Positions 18,837 through 28,151 of a DNA stretch of 64,000 bases are shown here, one piece after another. The notes under the pieces are model-generated. The model was not told the origin of the DNA. It was given only the letters and a program-made list of their open reading frames with translations, and ran no database searches. Positions within the stretch are counted from its first letter, which is position 1. Each line of letters opens with the position of its first letter. The translations under genes were made by a program, and so were the position numbers. Source of the DNA: Candidatus Bathyarchaeota archaeon (GTDB lineage: Archaea; Thermoproteota; Bathyarchaeia; Bathyarchaeales; DTEX01); assembly GCA_018397065.1 (NCBI GenBank), contig JAGTRI010000001.1:67994-131993 (forward strand). The letters are read 5' to 3'.

Positions 18837-19970
18837 ATGAGTGCTGAAACGATTTCAACTGCTGGTCAGGCCTTAACATCTGGGAATGATCTAATAGGAC
18901 CCATACTTCAAATTCTGTGGTTAGGATTCTTCGTTGCATACATGTTCTACGGGCAACGTATCCAAATTAAATTCATGCTAAAAGAAATCGAAAGCTCCCT
19001 GTTTAAACTTCAGCTAATAAGAGACCGTGGAAGATCCTTAGCCATATCAACAATTAAAGAAATAGGTAAAACAAACAGCGACCTAGAAGTTAGGATAGAC
19101 CGCATTCTGGAACACTTATACATACCTCCGGTTGAATTAGATCCCGCTGGAATAATTAAAAGGTTAGAACACATCGTAGACGTTCGAGATTTTAGGCTCA
19201 AAGATGAAGTGAAGATAATGGTTCCTCAAGCAAACGAAACACAAATAAATAACTTGGCAAATATGCTAGAAGCAGCTCTTGCACTCAACCAAATATATAA
19301 ACTTGTAAGGCATTTTTATCTTTCAGGCAAAAAGACCTCAAGCTTCTACATAATTCTGCAGCTGCAAATGATCCTTCCTGACATAATGAAAGAATCAGAA
19401 GCTTATGCGAGCGCTTTAACGGCTTTTAAATCTGGGCAACCAATAGGCGATGGGATAGGTGCCTTAGTGGCAGCTAGACTTATGAATGGAAGAGAAAACC
19501 GAGAAATTGCTCAGGATATTGTGGTAAGCGAAGTTCCTATCGAAGGAAGACTAGCCTATGTATTAAAAGCTAAAGGACCAGGAGGAAACGTTGGCAAGCC
19601 TGGAGAAGCCATAAAGCAGATTCTTGAGGAAAAGGAAGGTAAAATTGCAAGAATGATCATAATTGATGCAGCTCAAAAACTTGAAGGAGAAAAACCTGGA
19701 GAAGTTATAGAGGGAACAGGCGTCGCTATCGGCGGACCAGGCGTCGACAAATTTAAGGTGGAGGAAGTGGCAACAAAATACAAGGTTCCTCTTGATGTCA
19801 TTTTAATCAAAGAAGGAGTAGGAGATGTAGTGTCTGCTATGAGAAAGGAAATATCTGACAGCGTAGATGACGTCATCAATCGCATTAATAGAATAATTCG
19901 GGAGACTACCAAAGAGGGAGATAGCATAATAATTGCTGGAATAGGAAACACAATGGGTATCGCACAATAG
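18837..19970 (+). CDS. conserved archaeal protein of unknown function (DUF1512-like, from memory), N-terminal TM segment
   Basis: About 377 aa from the ATG at 18837 (the ORF track starts at TTG 18813). The hydrophobic N-terminus 'ILQILWLGFFVAYMFYG' and Gly-rich C-terminal half resemble the archaeal DUF1512 family as I recall it. Confidence 0.55.
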   Translation: MSAETISTAGQALTSGNDLIGPILQILWLGFFVAYMFYGQRIQIKFMLKEIESSLFKLQLIRDRGRSLAISTIKEIGKTNSDLEVRIDRILEHLYIPPVELDPAGIIKRLEHIVDVRDFRLKDEVKIMVPQANETQINNLANMLEAALALNQIYKLVRHFYLSGKKTSSFYIILQLQMILPDIMKESEAYASALTAFKSGQPIGDGIGALVAARLMNGRENREIAQDIVVSEVPIEGRLAYVLKAKGPGGNVGKPGEAIKQILEEKEGKIARMIIIDAAQKLEGEKPGEVIEGTGVAIGGPGVDKFKVEEVATKYKVPLDVILIKEGVGDVVSAMRKEISDSVDDVINRINRIIRETTKEGDSIIIAGIGNTMGIAQ

Positions 19971-19980
19971 AGGGATATTA

Positions 19981-20376
19981 TTGGAAGAACCAGCAGCTGC
20001 AGCAAAACACATTTCATATTTCTTTGTCGGGATTGTATTTATTTTAATTGCACTTTCTTTCATCTCTCTTTACCAATCTGTTGAAACATATAATAAGTAC
20101 AAGACAGCTGACTTCATAAATATGGTTTTCAGTATAGGTGCCATAATACTTTCAGCATACCTTCTTATACAAATGCGGAAACAGCCAATGAACTTGGGGT
20201 TTGAGCAAACAAAAGTCTATACAGTTTTACGTTGTTCTAATTGCGACTACAAAAACATAAGAGAGTTTCAAAATGGAGATTATGTTTTGAAAAAAGCTGA
20301 ATCGTGCCCAAAATGCAACAATAAAACATTTATCTCGACAATTTATAGAGAACCAACAGAAGAAGAAAAAAAGTAG
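19981..20376 (+). CDS. membrane protein with C-terminal zinc ribbon
   Basis: Two hydrophobic helices, then 'CSNCDY...CPKCNN'. TTG start 10 nt after the preceding gene. Confidence 0.5.
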   Translation: MEEPAAAAKHISYFFVGIVFILIALSFISLYQSVETYNKYKTADFINMVFSIGAIILSAYLLIQMRKQPMNLGFEQTKVYTVLRCSNCDYKNIREFQNGDYVLKKAESCPKCNNKTFISTIYREPTEEEKK

Positions 20377-20423
20377 AAATCACAATAATAAAAATCCGTA
20401 GCCATAGTACGAGGTGATTATAC

Positions 20424-21215
20424 TTGATCAAGATAGGTATAATCGGAGGCTCAGGTCTCGAAGATCCAAAAATCCTTAAGGAACAAAGAAACATTGAGGT
20501 TGAAACCGCGTTTGGCAACCCCTCATCTGCCCTTATGGTTGGAAAAATTAAAGGAATAGAAATCGTGATCCTTTCCAGACATGGTAAAAAACATACTTTG
20601 ATGCCAACGAACGTTCCTTTTCAAGCTAACATACAGGCTTTAAAAGATGCTGGGTGCACTCATATTTTAGCTACAACTGCCTGCGGTTCACTTAGAGAAG
20701 AGATAAAACCTGGTGAATTTGTTTTTATAGACCAATTTATCGATCGGACAACTAAAAGGCGATCTACATTTTACGAGAAGGACAAGGTTTGCCACATTCC
20801 AATGGCTGAACCCTTCTGTCCGAATTTAAGAAAACTACTTTACGAGCAAGCTAAAAAACTTGGGTATTCATGCCACGAGAAAGGAACGGTTGTTACCATC
20901 GAAGGTCCACGGTTTTCGACAAGAGCGGAAAGCTTCATGTTCAGACAGTGGGGTGGAGACGTGATAAACATGAGTACCGTTCCAGAGGTTGTGTTGGCAA
21001 GAGAGGCAGGTTTACATTATGCTGCAATTGCAATGCCAACTGACTATGACTGCTGGAAGACAGGCGAAAAACCTGTTGACGCACAGATGGTTATGGAAAC
21101 ATTCAAGAAGAACGTGGAAAAAGTTCAGACCCTTATAATTGAGGTAATTCCAAAAATTAAAGAGTATGATGATTGTCCTTGCACAAAAGACATTAAGACG
21201 TCTGTATTATTATAG
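20424..21215 (+). CDS. mtnP: S-methyl-5'-thioadenosine phosphorylase
   Basis: 'IGIIGGSGL', '[21 protein letters not shown]' and 'NMSTVPEV', characteristic of the MTAP/PNP family. Confidence 0.85.
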   Translation: MIKIGIIGGSGLEDPKILKEQRNIEVETAFGNPSSALMVGKIKGIEIVILSRHGKKHTLMPTNVPFQANIQALKDAGCTHILATTACGSLREEIKPGEFVFIDQFIDRTTKRRSTFYEKDKVCHIPMAEPFCPNLRKLLYEQAKKLGYSCHEKGTVVTIEGPRFSTRAESFMFRQWGGDVINMSTVPEVVLAREAGLHYAAIAMPTDYDCWKTGEKPVDAQMVMETFKKNVEKVQTLIIEVIPKIKEYDDCPCTKDIKTSVLL

Positions 21216-21230
21216 AATGGGGTTAAAGGC

Positions 21231-21758
21231 ATGAATGAAGACATCAAATCTAAAATAAGGACAATTCCGAACTGGCCAAAAAAGGGAGTAATGTTCAGAG
21301 ACATTACGACGCTGCTTAAGGATGAAAAAGGGTTTAGAGACACTTGTCAGAGACTCTACGAACATTATAAAGATAGGCAGATAGACATTGTGGCTGGAAT
21401 CGAGTCGCGCGGCTTCATCTTCGGGACCGCGTTAGCTATGCTTCTAAAGAAAGGGTTTGTGCCTATAAGGAAGAAAGGGAAACTGCCAGCAGAAACTGTA
21501 AGTCAGGAATACGAACTAGAATATGGGATAGATCGCATTGAAATCCATAAAGATGCGATAAAGCAAGGCGATAGAGTCCTATTAGTTGATGATTTACTAG
21601 CTACCGGAGGAACAATGAAGGCTGCTTGTCAGTTAATCGAAAAATGTGGCGGAAAAGTGGTTGGTTGCGCTTTTGTTGTTGAGCTTCCTGACCTGCATGG
21701 TCGAGAAAAACTAAAGGGATATGACGTTTTTAACCTTGTCGAATTCGAAGGTGATTAA
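21231..21758 (+). CDS. apt: adenine phosphoribosyltransferase
   Basis: PRPP-binding motif 'VLLVDDLLATGGT' and 'FRDITTLL'. 175 aa. Confidence 0.9.
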   Translation: MNEDIKSKIRTIPNWPKKGVMFRDITTLLKDEKGFRDTCQRLYEHYKDRQIDIVAGIESRGFIFGTALAMLLKKGFVPIRKKGKLPAETVSQEYELEYGIDRIEIHKDAIKQGDRVLLVDDLLATGGTMKAACQLIEKCGGKVVGCAFVVELPDLHGREKLKGYDVFNLVEFEGD

Positions 21759-21942
21759 TGTCACCGCCATTTTTTTAAAAGTTAATTCTCTCTTTCCTCT
21801 GGTTTAGGTTCTTTTATGCCGTTGATTGTTAAAAAATTATGAAACTATTAAAGCAAGCATACACATGGCAGAAAGAGTTTAAGAAGACCTTGCCATATTA
21901 CCTTTCATATGTAATGTTTACGAATGACGCAGAGGAAGATTA

Positions 21943-23028
21943 ATGATAGGAAAAGAAGAGATAGGCTCAATTATTGAAAAATATGACAAAAGCAAGATTT
22001 CAATTGGAACAATTGGGTCTCACTCAGCCCTGAACATTTTCAAAGGCGCCAGAGAAGAAGGATTCAAAACAGTTTGCGTTCTGACAAAGGATCGGGAAAT
22101 TGTTTACCGAAAGTTTCCTCTTGTTGACGAAACTGTTTATGTTGATAGTTTCAGCGAAATTGTCGAAGATAAGGTGCAAGAAAAACTTAGAAAACTTAAC
22201 ACAATCTTGGTTCCGCACGGCTCATTTAATGCCTATGTCAGCATGGAGGCTCTTTTAAACGATTTTTTCGTGCCAATGTTTGGCAACCGAAACCTTCTCC
22301 GATGGGAGATTGACCGAGAGATGCAAAGAAGCTGGCTACAAAGAGCTGGATTAACTCTTCCGAAGATCTACAACAGTCCAGAAGAGATTGACTGTTTAGC
22401 GATTGCTAAGTTTCCAGGAGCTAGGGGTGGAAAAGGATATTTCCTAGCTGATTCTCCCAAATCTTTTCGTAAAAAAGCAAAAGAGATGATCCGAAGAGGG
22501 CATCTAAGTAAAGAAGACCTAAAGGGCATGCATCTTCAGCAGTATGTACTTGGTGTTAATGCGTATTTTCAATATTTTAGTTCGGTGATCGAAGACGATG
22601 TGGAGCTACTTGGCATGGACAAAAGGTACGAGTCTAATGTTGATACGATAGGCAGAATACCTGCAAGTGAACAGCTGCAGCTTGATCTTAATCCCACGTA
22701 TACGATCGTCGGCAACATTCCGTTAACATTAAGAGAGTCTCTTCTGCCTGAAGTCTTAGAAATGGGAGATAACGTAGCTAAGGTTTCAAAAGAAATTGCA
22801 CCGCCTGGAATCGTCGGCCCCTTCTGTCTTGAGACAATAATCACTGATACAATGGAGATTTTCACGTTTGAAATCTCAGCTCGAATTGTTGCTGGGAGCA
22901 ATGTCGGAATTGGTACTTCACCGTATGCATACCTAAAATATGGTGAAGGCATGTATATGGGTCGTAGAATAGCTAAGGAAATAAGGGATGCGATAAATAA
23001 AAATCAGCTGGAGAAAGTGGTATATTGA
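21943..23028 (+). CDS. purP: 5-formaminoimidazole-4-carboxamide ribonucleotide (FAICAR) synthetase PurP
   Basis: 361 aa ATP-grasp protein with the PurP-type N-terminus 'ISIGTIGSHSALNIFKGAREEGF'. Archaea-specific family. Confidence 0.8.
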   Translation: MIGKEEIGSIIEKYDKSKISIGTIGSHSALNIFKGAREEGFKTVCVLTKDREIVYRKFPLVDETVYVDSFSEIVEDKVQEKLRKLNTILVPHGSFNAYVSMEALLNDFFVPMFGNRNLLRWEIDREMQRSWLQRAGLTLPKIYNSPEEIDCLAIAKFPGARGGKGYFLADSPKSFRKKAKEMIRRGHLSKEDLKGMHLQQYVLGVNAYFQYFSSVIEDDVELLGMDKRYESNVDTIGRIPASEQLQLDLNPTYTIVGNIPLTLRESLLPEVLEMGDNVAKVSKEIAPPGIVGPFCLETIITDTMEIFTFEISARIVAGSNVGIGTSPYAYLKYGEGMYMGRRIAKEIRDAINKNQLEKVVY

Positions 23029-23073
23029 TTTCGGCCGCTGTCTCTAAATAATTATTTTCATGCGTGATGAGGA

Positions 23074-24246
23074 ATGGTCATAAAAAGAGAAGAAATTCAG
23101 GGTTTAACCACTTCGTATGATCCTAAGTCTGTTACTATTGGAGTTTTGGGTTCTCACTCAGCTGAAGAGGTTGGCGTTTCAGCCAAGTCTTTTGGTCTGC
23201 GAACAGTGGTTGTGTGCCAAAGAGGAAGAGAAACGCTTTACGCCAAGTATAATAAGCATCTTTTTGATTTCGTAATATTGTTGGATAAGTTTTCAGACAT
23301 CGTCAACCCAGAGATCCAAGACAAACTAAGAGACTATAACACGGTTTTTATTCCTAACAGATCATTTTCTGTATACGTAGGCTATGACAACATTGAAAAC
23401 ACGTTTGCAGTTCCACTTTATGGAAACAGAATGATTCTGAGAGCCGAAGAAAGAAATGAGAAACGTAACCAATATTGGCTTCTGGAACAAGCTGGAATAA
23501 AGACTCCAAAAAAATTTGATAAACCAGAGGACATAGACAGACTGGCAATAGTGAAGGTTCAACAGAAGAAGAAGCCTCTAGAAAGGGCGTTTTTCATTGT
23601 TTCCAACGTAGACGAATACTACGAAAAGGCAAAGAGTTTGCTGAAAGAAGAAGTTATCGACGAAGAAGGTTTAAAGAAAGCAAGAATCGAAGAATACGTA
23701 TTAGGACAAAAATTCAACGCCAATTTTCAAGGCTGGGCATTAACTGAAGTGTTTGATGACTTTGACCTTCTTGGTTTCGACGACAGAAAACAAACTAACC
23801 TTCATGGCATCTTGGGCTTACCAGCTAAAGAACAGCTTGGAATCAATGTACCTATAAAGAACGAAGAAATCGGTCATTACGGGTTGACGATGAGAGAATC
23901 ACAGAAACCACTTGTGTATGAAGCTGCGGAAAGATTTAGAAAAGTATGCAGAAGAGAGTTTCCACCTGGCATGATTGGCCTCTTTGCTCTGCAAGGCGCT
24001 GTTGCATATGACCCTGATGACCCTGAGCAAAAGAAGCTGGCCTTTTATGTCTTTGATGTTAGTCCAAGGATTCCAGGATGTCCATGTGTTGGACCAACGT
24101 CGCCCGAAATGAGGAGGCTTTCATTAAAGTATCAATGGTTGCTGAAGCAACATGGCTTAGAGAAAATTTCCGCCCCAATGGACTTACCTATGCTTGAGAT
24201 AAAGTATGCCGCTGAAAAAAGGATTCTGGAAAAAATAGTAACATGA
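23074..24246 (+). CDS. PurP-family paralog (ATP-grasp)
   Basis: 390 aa. 'VTIGVLGSHSAEEVGVSAKSFGL' parallels the upstream PurP, and the rest of the protein is colinear with it. Confidence 0.75.
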   Translation: MVIKREEIQGLTTSYDPKSVTIGVLGSHSAEEVGVSAKSFGLRTVVVCQRGRETLYAKYNKHLFDFVILLDKFSDIVNPEIQDKLRDYNTVFIPNRSFSVYVGYDNIENTFAVPLYGNRMILRAEERNEKRNQYWLLEQAGIKTPKKFDKPEDIDRLAIVKVQQKKKPLERAFFIVSNVDEYYEKAKSLLKEEVIDEEGLKKARIEEYVLGQKFNANFQGWALTEVFDDFDLLGFDDRKQTNLHGILGLPAKEQLGINVPIKNEEIGHYGLTMRESQKPLVYEAAERFRKVCRREFPPGMIGLFALQGAVAYDPDDPEQKKLAFYVFDVSPRIPGCPCVGPTSPEMRRLSLKYQWLLKQHGLEKISAPMDLPMLEIKYAAEKRILEKIVT

Positions 24247-24256
24247 TCTTCGTGAC

Positions 24257-25417
24257 TTATTGCTCACGTTGATACTGAAACTTTCCCCATTGGCTGATTA
24301 TTGTAACCTTGTTTCGACCACTGTTTTTTTCACATTTCCCAATCACTTTGGCTTGAAGGCCATATTTTTCTGAAATTTCTAATAGACTGTTTACTGCTCT
24401 TGGTTTTGCGATAATTTCGAAGCCCGTTCCCATGTTGAAAATTTCAAACATTGATTTCCAGTTTTCTCCGGATTCTCTCTGAATTAGGTGAAAGATTGGG
24501 TCAGGCTCGATTATGTTGTCTTTTACGAAATTGATGTTTGTGCCAAGTCGTAAACACTTGGTCATCCCGCCGCCCATGTTGTGAACCAAGCCAGTTATGT
24601 CTGCTCCATGTATTCTAAGCATTTCCAGAATTATGGGCGAGTAGAACCTCATTGGCGAAACTAGCGCCTCGCCAACAGTCATTTGAAGTTCATCAACGTA
24701 AGTGTCGACTTTGAACCGTCCTTGGTATCCTTTGCCTTCTGGCTCAGAGATTTCGGGGTACTTCCGTCTATATTCCTTGCTTAAGAGACAGTGACGGGCT
24801 AATGTTAAACCGTTACACATGATTCCGCTGTTTTCTTTTTCTTCGTACAGTGTTTTTCCGCCACTTCTAAGTCCAATGATGACATCGCCAGGTTTGATTT
24901 TTGCTCCGGTAACAACCTTGTTTAGTTCAACTCGTCCATTTACAACACCTGAGATGTCGAAGGTTCTTATTACGTCGGGAAGATCCGCTGTTTCGCCCCC
25001 TGTAAAAAGAACTTCTAATCCAAGTTTCCTTAATATTTCAATGCTCTCTTTGAATCCATCGTTTATTGCCTTGAGCAAACTTGTTTTTGGAACCTTATTT
25101 GGATTAATCGCAATGTAATCTACAAAATTGACTGGTGTGGCTCCTACACATGCGATGTCGTTGATGTTCATTGCTAAAACGTCTTGTGCGAGTCCCTTGA
25201 ACCATTGTGTGTCACCCGTTTCCCTCCAATAAAGGTATGCTGCAATTGGTTTGGTGCCTGCACTGTCAGCATGGGTAACTAGTCCGTACTTTGGTAGATG
25301 CGGGTCTTTTGTTACGATGCAGAAGGCTCCTGGAAATAAGTTACTTATTGTTTCTTGAAAGATTTCTATGCCTCTTTTTTTGATGTCTACTCCAGCTTTA
25401 GCGTATTTTGATGACAT
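24257..25417 (-). CDS. purM: phosphoribosylformylglycinamidine cyclo-ligase (AIR synthase)-like
   Basis: 'YAKAGVDIKKRG' N-terminus, 'HADSAGTK' and 'GGETADLP' PurM-type motifs. Sits in a purE-purC-purM operon. Confidence 0.75.
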   Translation of the reverse strand: MSSKYAKAGVDIKKRGIEIFQETISNLFPGAFCIVTKDPHLPKYGLVTHADSAGTKPIAAYLYWRETGDTQWFKGLAQDVLAMNINDIACVGATPVNFVDYIAINPNKVPKTSLLKAINDGFKESIEILRKLGLEVLFTGGETADLPDVIRTFDISGVVNGRVELNKVVTGAKIKPGDVIIGLRSGGKTLYEEKENSGIMCNGLTLARHCLLSKEYRRKYPEISEPEGKGYQGRFKVDTYVDELQMTVGEALVSPMRFYSPIILEMLRIHGADITGLVHNMGGGMTKCLRLGTNINFVKDNIIEPDPIFHLIQRESGENWKSMFEIFNMGTGFEIIAKPRAVNSLLEISEKYGLQAKVIGKCEKNSGRNKVTIISQWGKFQYQREQ

Positions 25418-25423
25418 TGCACA

Positions 25424-26296
25424 TCATTTCTTAACTATTTTTTCAAGGAATTTTTGGCCTGTTAATTTTTCGTATGCCTCTATGTATCTACGTGAGGTTT
25501 CAATTATCACTTCTTTAGGCAAGTGTGGTGCAGGAGGCTGTTTATTCCAGCCTGTTGATGTAAGATAATCTCTCACGTACTGTTTATCAAAGCTAGGCTG
25601 GTCTACACCGACCTTGTATTGGTTTTTAGGCCAGAAACGTGACGAATCTGGGGTTAATATTTCATCAATTAGGATGATGTTGCCCTCGTGTAAGCCAAAC
25701 TCAAATTTTGTATCTGCAATGATTATACCTTTTTCTTCAGCCTTTTTAGATGCATTCTCATAGATTTTTAGGCAGTATTCCTCGATTTCTGACAAAATGC
25801 TTTTTCCAACCAATTTAGCAGCTTGATCTCTGGTTAATTCAACGTCGTGTCCAACTTCAGCCTTTGTTGTTGGCGTTATAATGGGTTCAGGAAGTCTTTC
25901 AGCTTTTTTTAGCGTTGGCGGTAATTTATAGCCATAGATTTCTTCTCCTTTCTTGTATTTTTCCCACGCTGAGCCATAAAGATAGCCTCTGACCACAAAC
26001 TCTGCTTTTATGGGTTCGGATTTTTTTACGAGAATTGTTCTTGAGTCCACTTCTTTCAAGAGGTGATTTGGCAAGATATATTCTGTTTCTTTGAACCAGT
26101 AAACTGAAAGTAAGTTTAATGCTTGGCCTTTATGAGGTATTCCATCTGGCAAGACTACGTCGAAGGCTGAGATTCTGTCGGTTGAAACAATCAATAAATT
26201 ATTACCTAGGTCATAGATGTCACGTACCTTTCCCCTTTTAAACAACGTATAGGGAAGGTTCGAGTATAGCAAAACGTCATTTACGTCAATTTCCAA
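25424..26296 (-). CDS. purC: SAICAR synthetase
   Basis: 'KRGKVRDIYDLGNNLLIVSTDRISAFDVV' is the typical PurC N-terminal motif. Confidence 0.85.
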   Translation of the reverse strand: MEIDVNDVLLYSNLPYTLFKRGKVRDIYDLGNNLLIVSTDRISAFDVVLPDGIPHKGQALNLLSVYWFKETEYILPNHLLKEVDSRTILVKKSEPIKAEFVVRGYLYGSAWEKYKKGEEIYGYKLPPTLKKAERLPEPIITPTTKAEVGHDVELTRDQAAKLVGKSILSEIEEYCLKIYENASKKAEEKGIIIADTKFEFGLHEGNIILIDEILTPDSSRFWPKNQYKVGVDQPSFDKQYVRDYLTSTGWNKQPPAPHLPKEVIIETSRRYIEAYEKLTGQKFLEKIVKK

Positions 26297-26322
26297 GATT
26301 CACCACCACAGTTCAGCAATCC

Positions 26323-26808
26323 TTATTTTCCAACCTCAGAGTCAGCCATAACTTCTTTTCTTTTTTTCTGATTGTAAGCCGCAATCTCTTTACATAGTAA
26401 TGAGTTGTTGAGAGCCAAAATTTTTATTGCCGCTAACGCGGCGTTTTCAGGGTTCGAAACAAGCATTACTGGAACGCCTTTTGGAGTCATAACTGAGGAA
26501 AAAACCTTCATCAGCCCATATTTTTCGATGTCGGGTGGACATGCTATCACTGGACGAGTTGTAAAGCCAGCTGTGACTCCTGAAAGTGCGTCTGACAGTC
26601 CTGCTATGGTCACGTAGACGATGACCTCTCCCTTTTTTTCATTTTCATCAAGTCTTTGCAGCAAATAATCAGGATTTCTATGGGCTGAGGCTATTAAGTA
26701 TTCGCAATTAACGTTGAACCCTTCCTGTTTTATGAATTCCTCAATTTTTCGTGCGAAGGTAAGGTCGTTTTTTGAACCCATTAATATGATTATTTTTTGA
26801 GGTAGCAT
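26323..26808 (-). CDS. purE: N5-carboxyaminoimidazole ribonucleotide mutase / AIR carboxylase
   Basis: 'IIILMGSKNDL', 'ASAHRNP' and 'AGLSDALSGVTAG' PurE signatures. Confidence 0.85.
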   Translation of the reverse strand: MLPQKIIILMGSKNDLTFARKIEEFIKQEGFNVNCEYLIASAHRNPDYLLQRLDENEKKGEVIVYVTIAGLSDALSGVTAGFTTRPVIACPPDIEKYGLMKVFSSVMTPKGVPVMLVSNPENAALAAIKILALNNSLLCKEIAAYNQKKRKEVMADSEVGK

Positions 26809-26836
26809 GCAAGTTTCTATGTCGTATTAGCTATAT

Positions 26837-26866
26837 AATTATAGTCTTTAATTATAGTCTTTAATT
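26837..26866. repeat. 13-bp tandem direct repeat (aattatagtcttt x2 plus a partial copy) in the purE upstream region
   Basis: Read directly: aattatagtcttt at 26837-26849 and 26850-26862, then aatt. On the purE strand each unit reads AAAGACTATAATT, a purine-rich tract followed by a TATA-like element. Confidence 0.8.
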
Positions 26867-26998
26867 TGAACGGAGGGAACGGTTTGTTTTTATGTATGAT
26901 AGATTTAGACCATTATTATAATGTGGTTTGGCAAGTCACCATGACAATATTTAAGCATAGCTGTTGTTAATCATTATTATTAAGTAGGAGGGAAAAAC

Positions 26999-27946
26999 AT
27001 GGGTAGTTCCGACATTTTTAGAATGAATCAGATGATTGGAAGAGGTGTGAATGTTCTCGGCTACGATCCAATTTGGAAAAATCGGTTAAAAGCAAGAATG
27101 AATGACAAGCATTTCAAGCTTATTAAGCAAGCTGGCTTCAATAGTGTTCGCATCAATTTACATCCTTTTAGAGACATGGGTATTGATGATAAAAACAGAA
27201 TGACAAAAAGATGGCTTGAAACTTTGGACTGGGCGATTGAACAGTCGTTGTCGAACGGTCTTGTAACTATACTTGATTTTCACGAGTTTGGAGTCATGGG
27301 AGAAGACCCCATGGGAAATAAAGAAAAATTCTTAGCTGTTTGGAGAAACCTAGGCGAACATTGCAAAGATTGTCCGGACAAAGTAGTTTTCGAAATTTTG
27401 AATGAACCGAACAAGCAATTAACGCCGGAATTATGGAACCAGTTTTTTGTCGAGGCGCTTGCAATCATTCGAGAGTCGAATCCTTCAAGGGCGGTTATTG
27501 TTGGACCTGGAAATTGGAACAATATTGATTCATTGGGTGACCTTGTACTTCCAGAGGATGACAGAAAAATCATCGTGACTGTCCATTATTATAGGCCTAT
27601 GGAGTTTACCCATCAAGGCGCAAGTTGGGTGGGACTAAAAGACAAAACTGGTGTCGAATGGAAGGCTTCAGCTGAAGAAAAACAAGCCATTATCAATGAC
27701 TTCGAAAAAGCTCAGGCTTGGGCAAAAAATCATGATAGACCACTGTTTCTCGGAGAGTTCGGCGCATACGACAAGGCAGACATGGACTCCCGTGTCCGTT
27801 ACATAGGCTTCGTTGCAAGGCAGGCGGAAAAATTGAGTTGGAGCTGGGCTTACTGGCAGTTCGACAGCGACTTCATAGTCTACGACATACAGAATGATAA
27901 ATGGGTTACTCCAATCCTGAACGCATTAATTCCATCTAAAAAGTGA
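26999..27946 (+). CDS. glycoside hydrolase family 5-like (cellulase/mannanase fold), no evident signal peptide
   Basis: 'VVFEILNEPN' (acid/base Glu region), 'VTVHYY' and 'LFLGEFGA' (nucleophile Glu region). Confidence 0.8.
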   Translation: MGSSDIFRMNQMIGRGVNVLGYDPIWKNRLKARMNDKHFKLIKQAGFNSVRINLHPFRDMGIDDKNRMTKRWLETLDWAIEQSLSNGLVTILDFHEFGVMGEDPMGNKEKFLAVWRNLGEHCKDCPDKVVFEILNEPNKQLTPELWNQFFVEALAIIRESNPSRAVIVGPGNWNNIDSLGDLVLPEDDRKIIVTVHYYRPMEFTHQGASWVGLKDKTGVEWKASAEEKQAIINDFEKAQAWAKNHDRPLFLGEFGAYDKADMDSRVRYIGFVARQAEKLSWSWAYWQFDSDFIVYDIQNDKWVTPILNALIPSKK

Positions 27947-28084
27947 CAAGCCTTAAAGAAAATGTTTAAACCGAAAAGATTATTTATAATGCAATGATTA
28001 TCCGAAATAGGCTCCTTTGCTCGTTTGGGAGCCTAGCTAAACGTAGCGGGGTGGGGTAGCCAGGTTTAACCCGCTGGGCTCATA

Positions 28085-28100
28085 AGACAAAGCTTGAGAA
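28085..28100 (+). other. tRNA intron 1 (16 nt, canonical position 37/38)
   Basis: The anticodon-loop CUCA (28079-28082) pairs with intron UGAG (28095-28098) as a 4-bp helix flanked by 3-nt bulges UAA and AAA. The outer helix is weak, so this is a relaxed BHB. Confidence 0.7.
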
Positions 28101-28122
28101 ACCCAGAAATCGGTCGTTCAAA

Positions 28123-28151
28123 AAGAATCCTGAAAACTGGGATCTTGAAAT
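28123..28151 (+). other. tRNA intron 2 (29 nt, T-loop position 59/60)
   Basis: UUCA (28117-28120) pairs with UGAA (28146-28149), flanked by 3-nt bulges AAA and AUU. An outer hairpin runs from 28124-28131 to 28139-28145. Removing the intron restores the T-loop UUCAAAU. Confidence 0.7.

Noticed and set aside
21759-21942. Possible purine-responsive leader or riboswitch upstream of purP (hairpin ATGGCA...TGCCAT).
   Set aside because: There is only a single 6-bp stem with a 20-nt loop. It does not resemble the purine riboswitch three-way junction, and purine riboswitches are not established in archaea.
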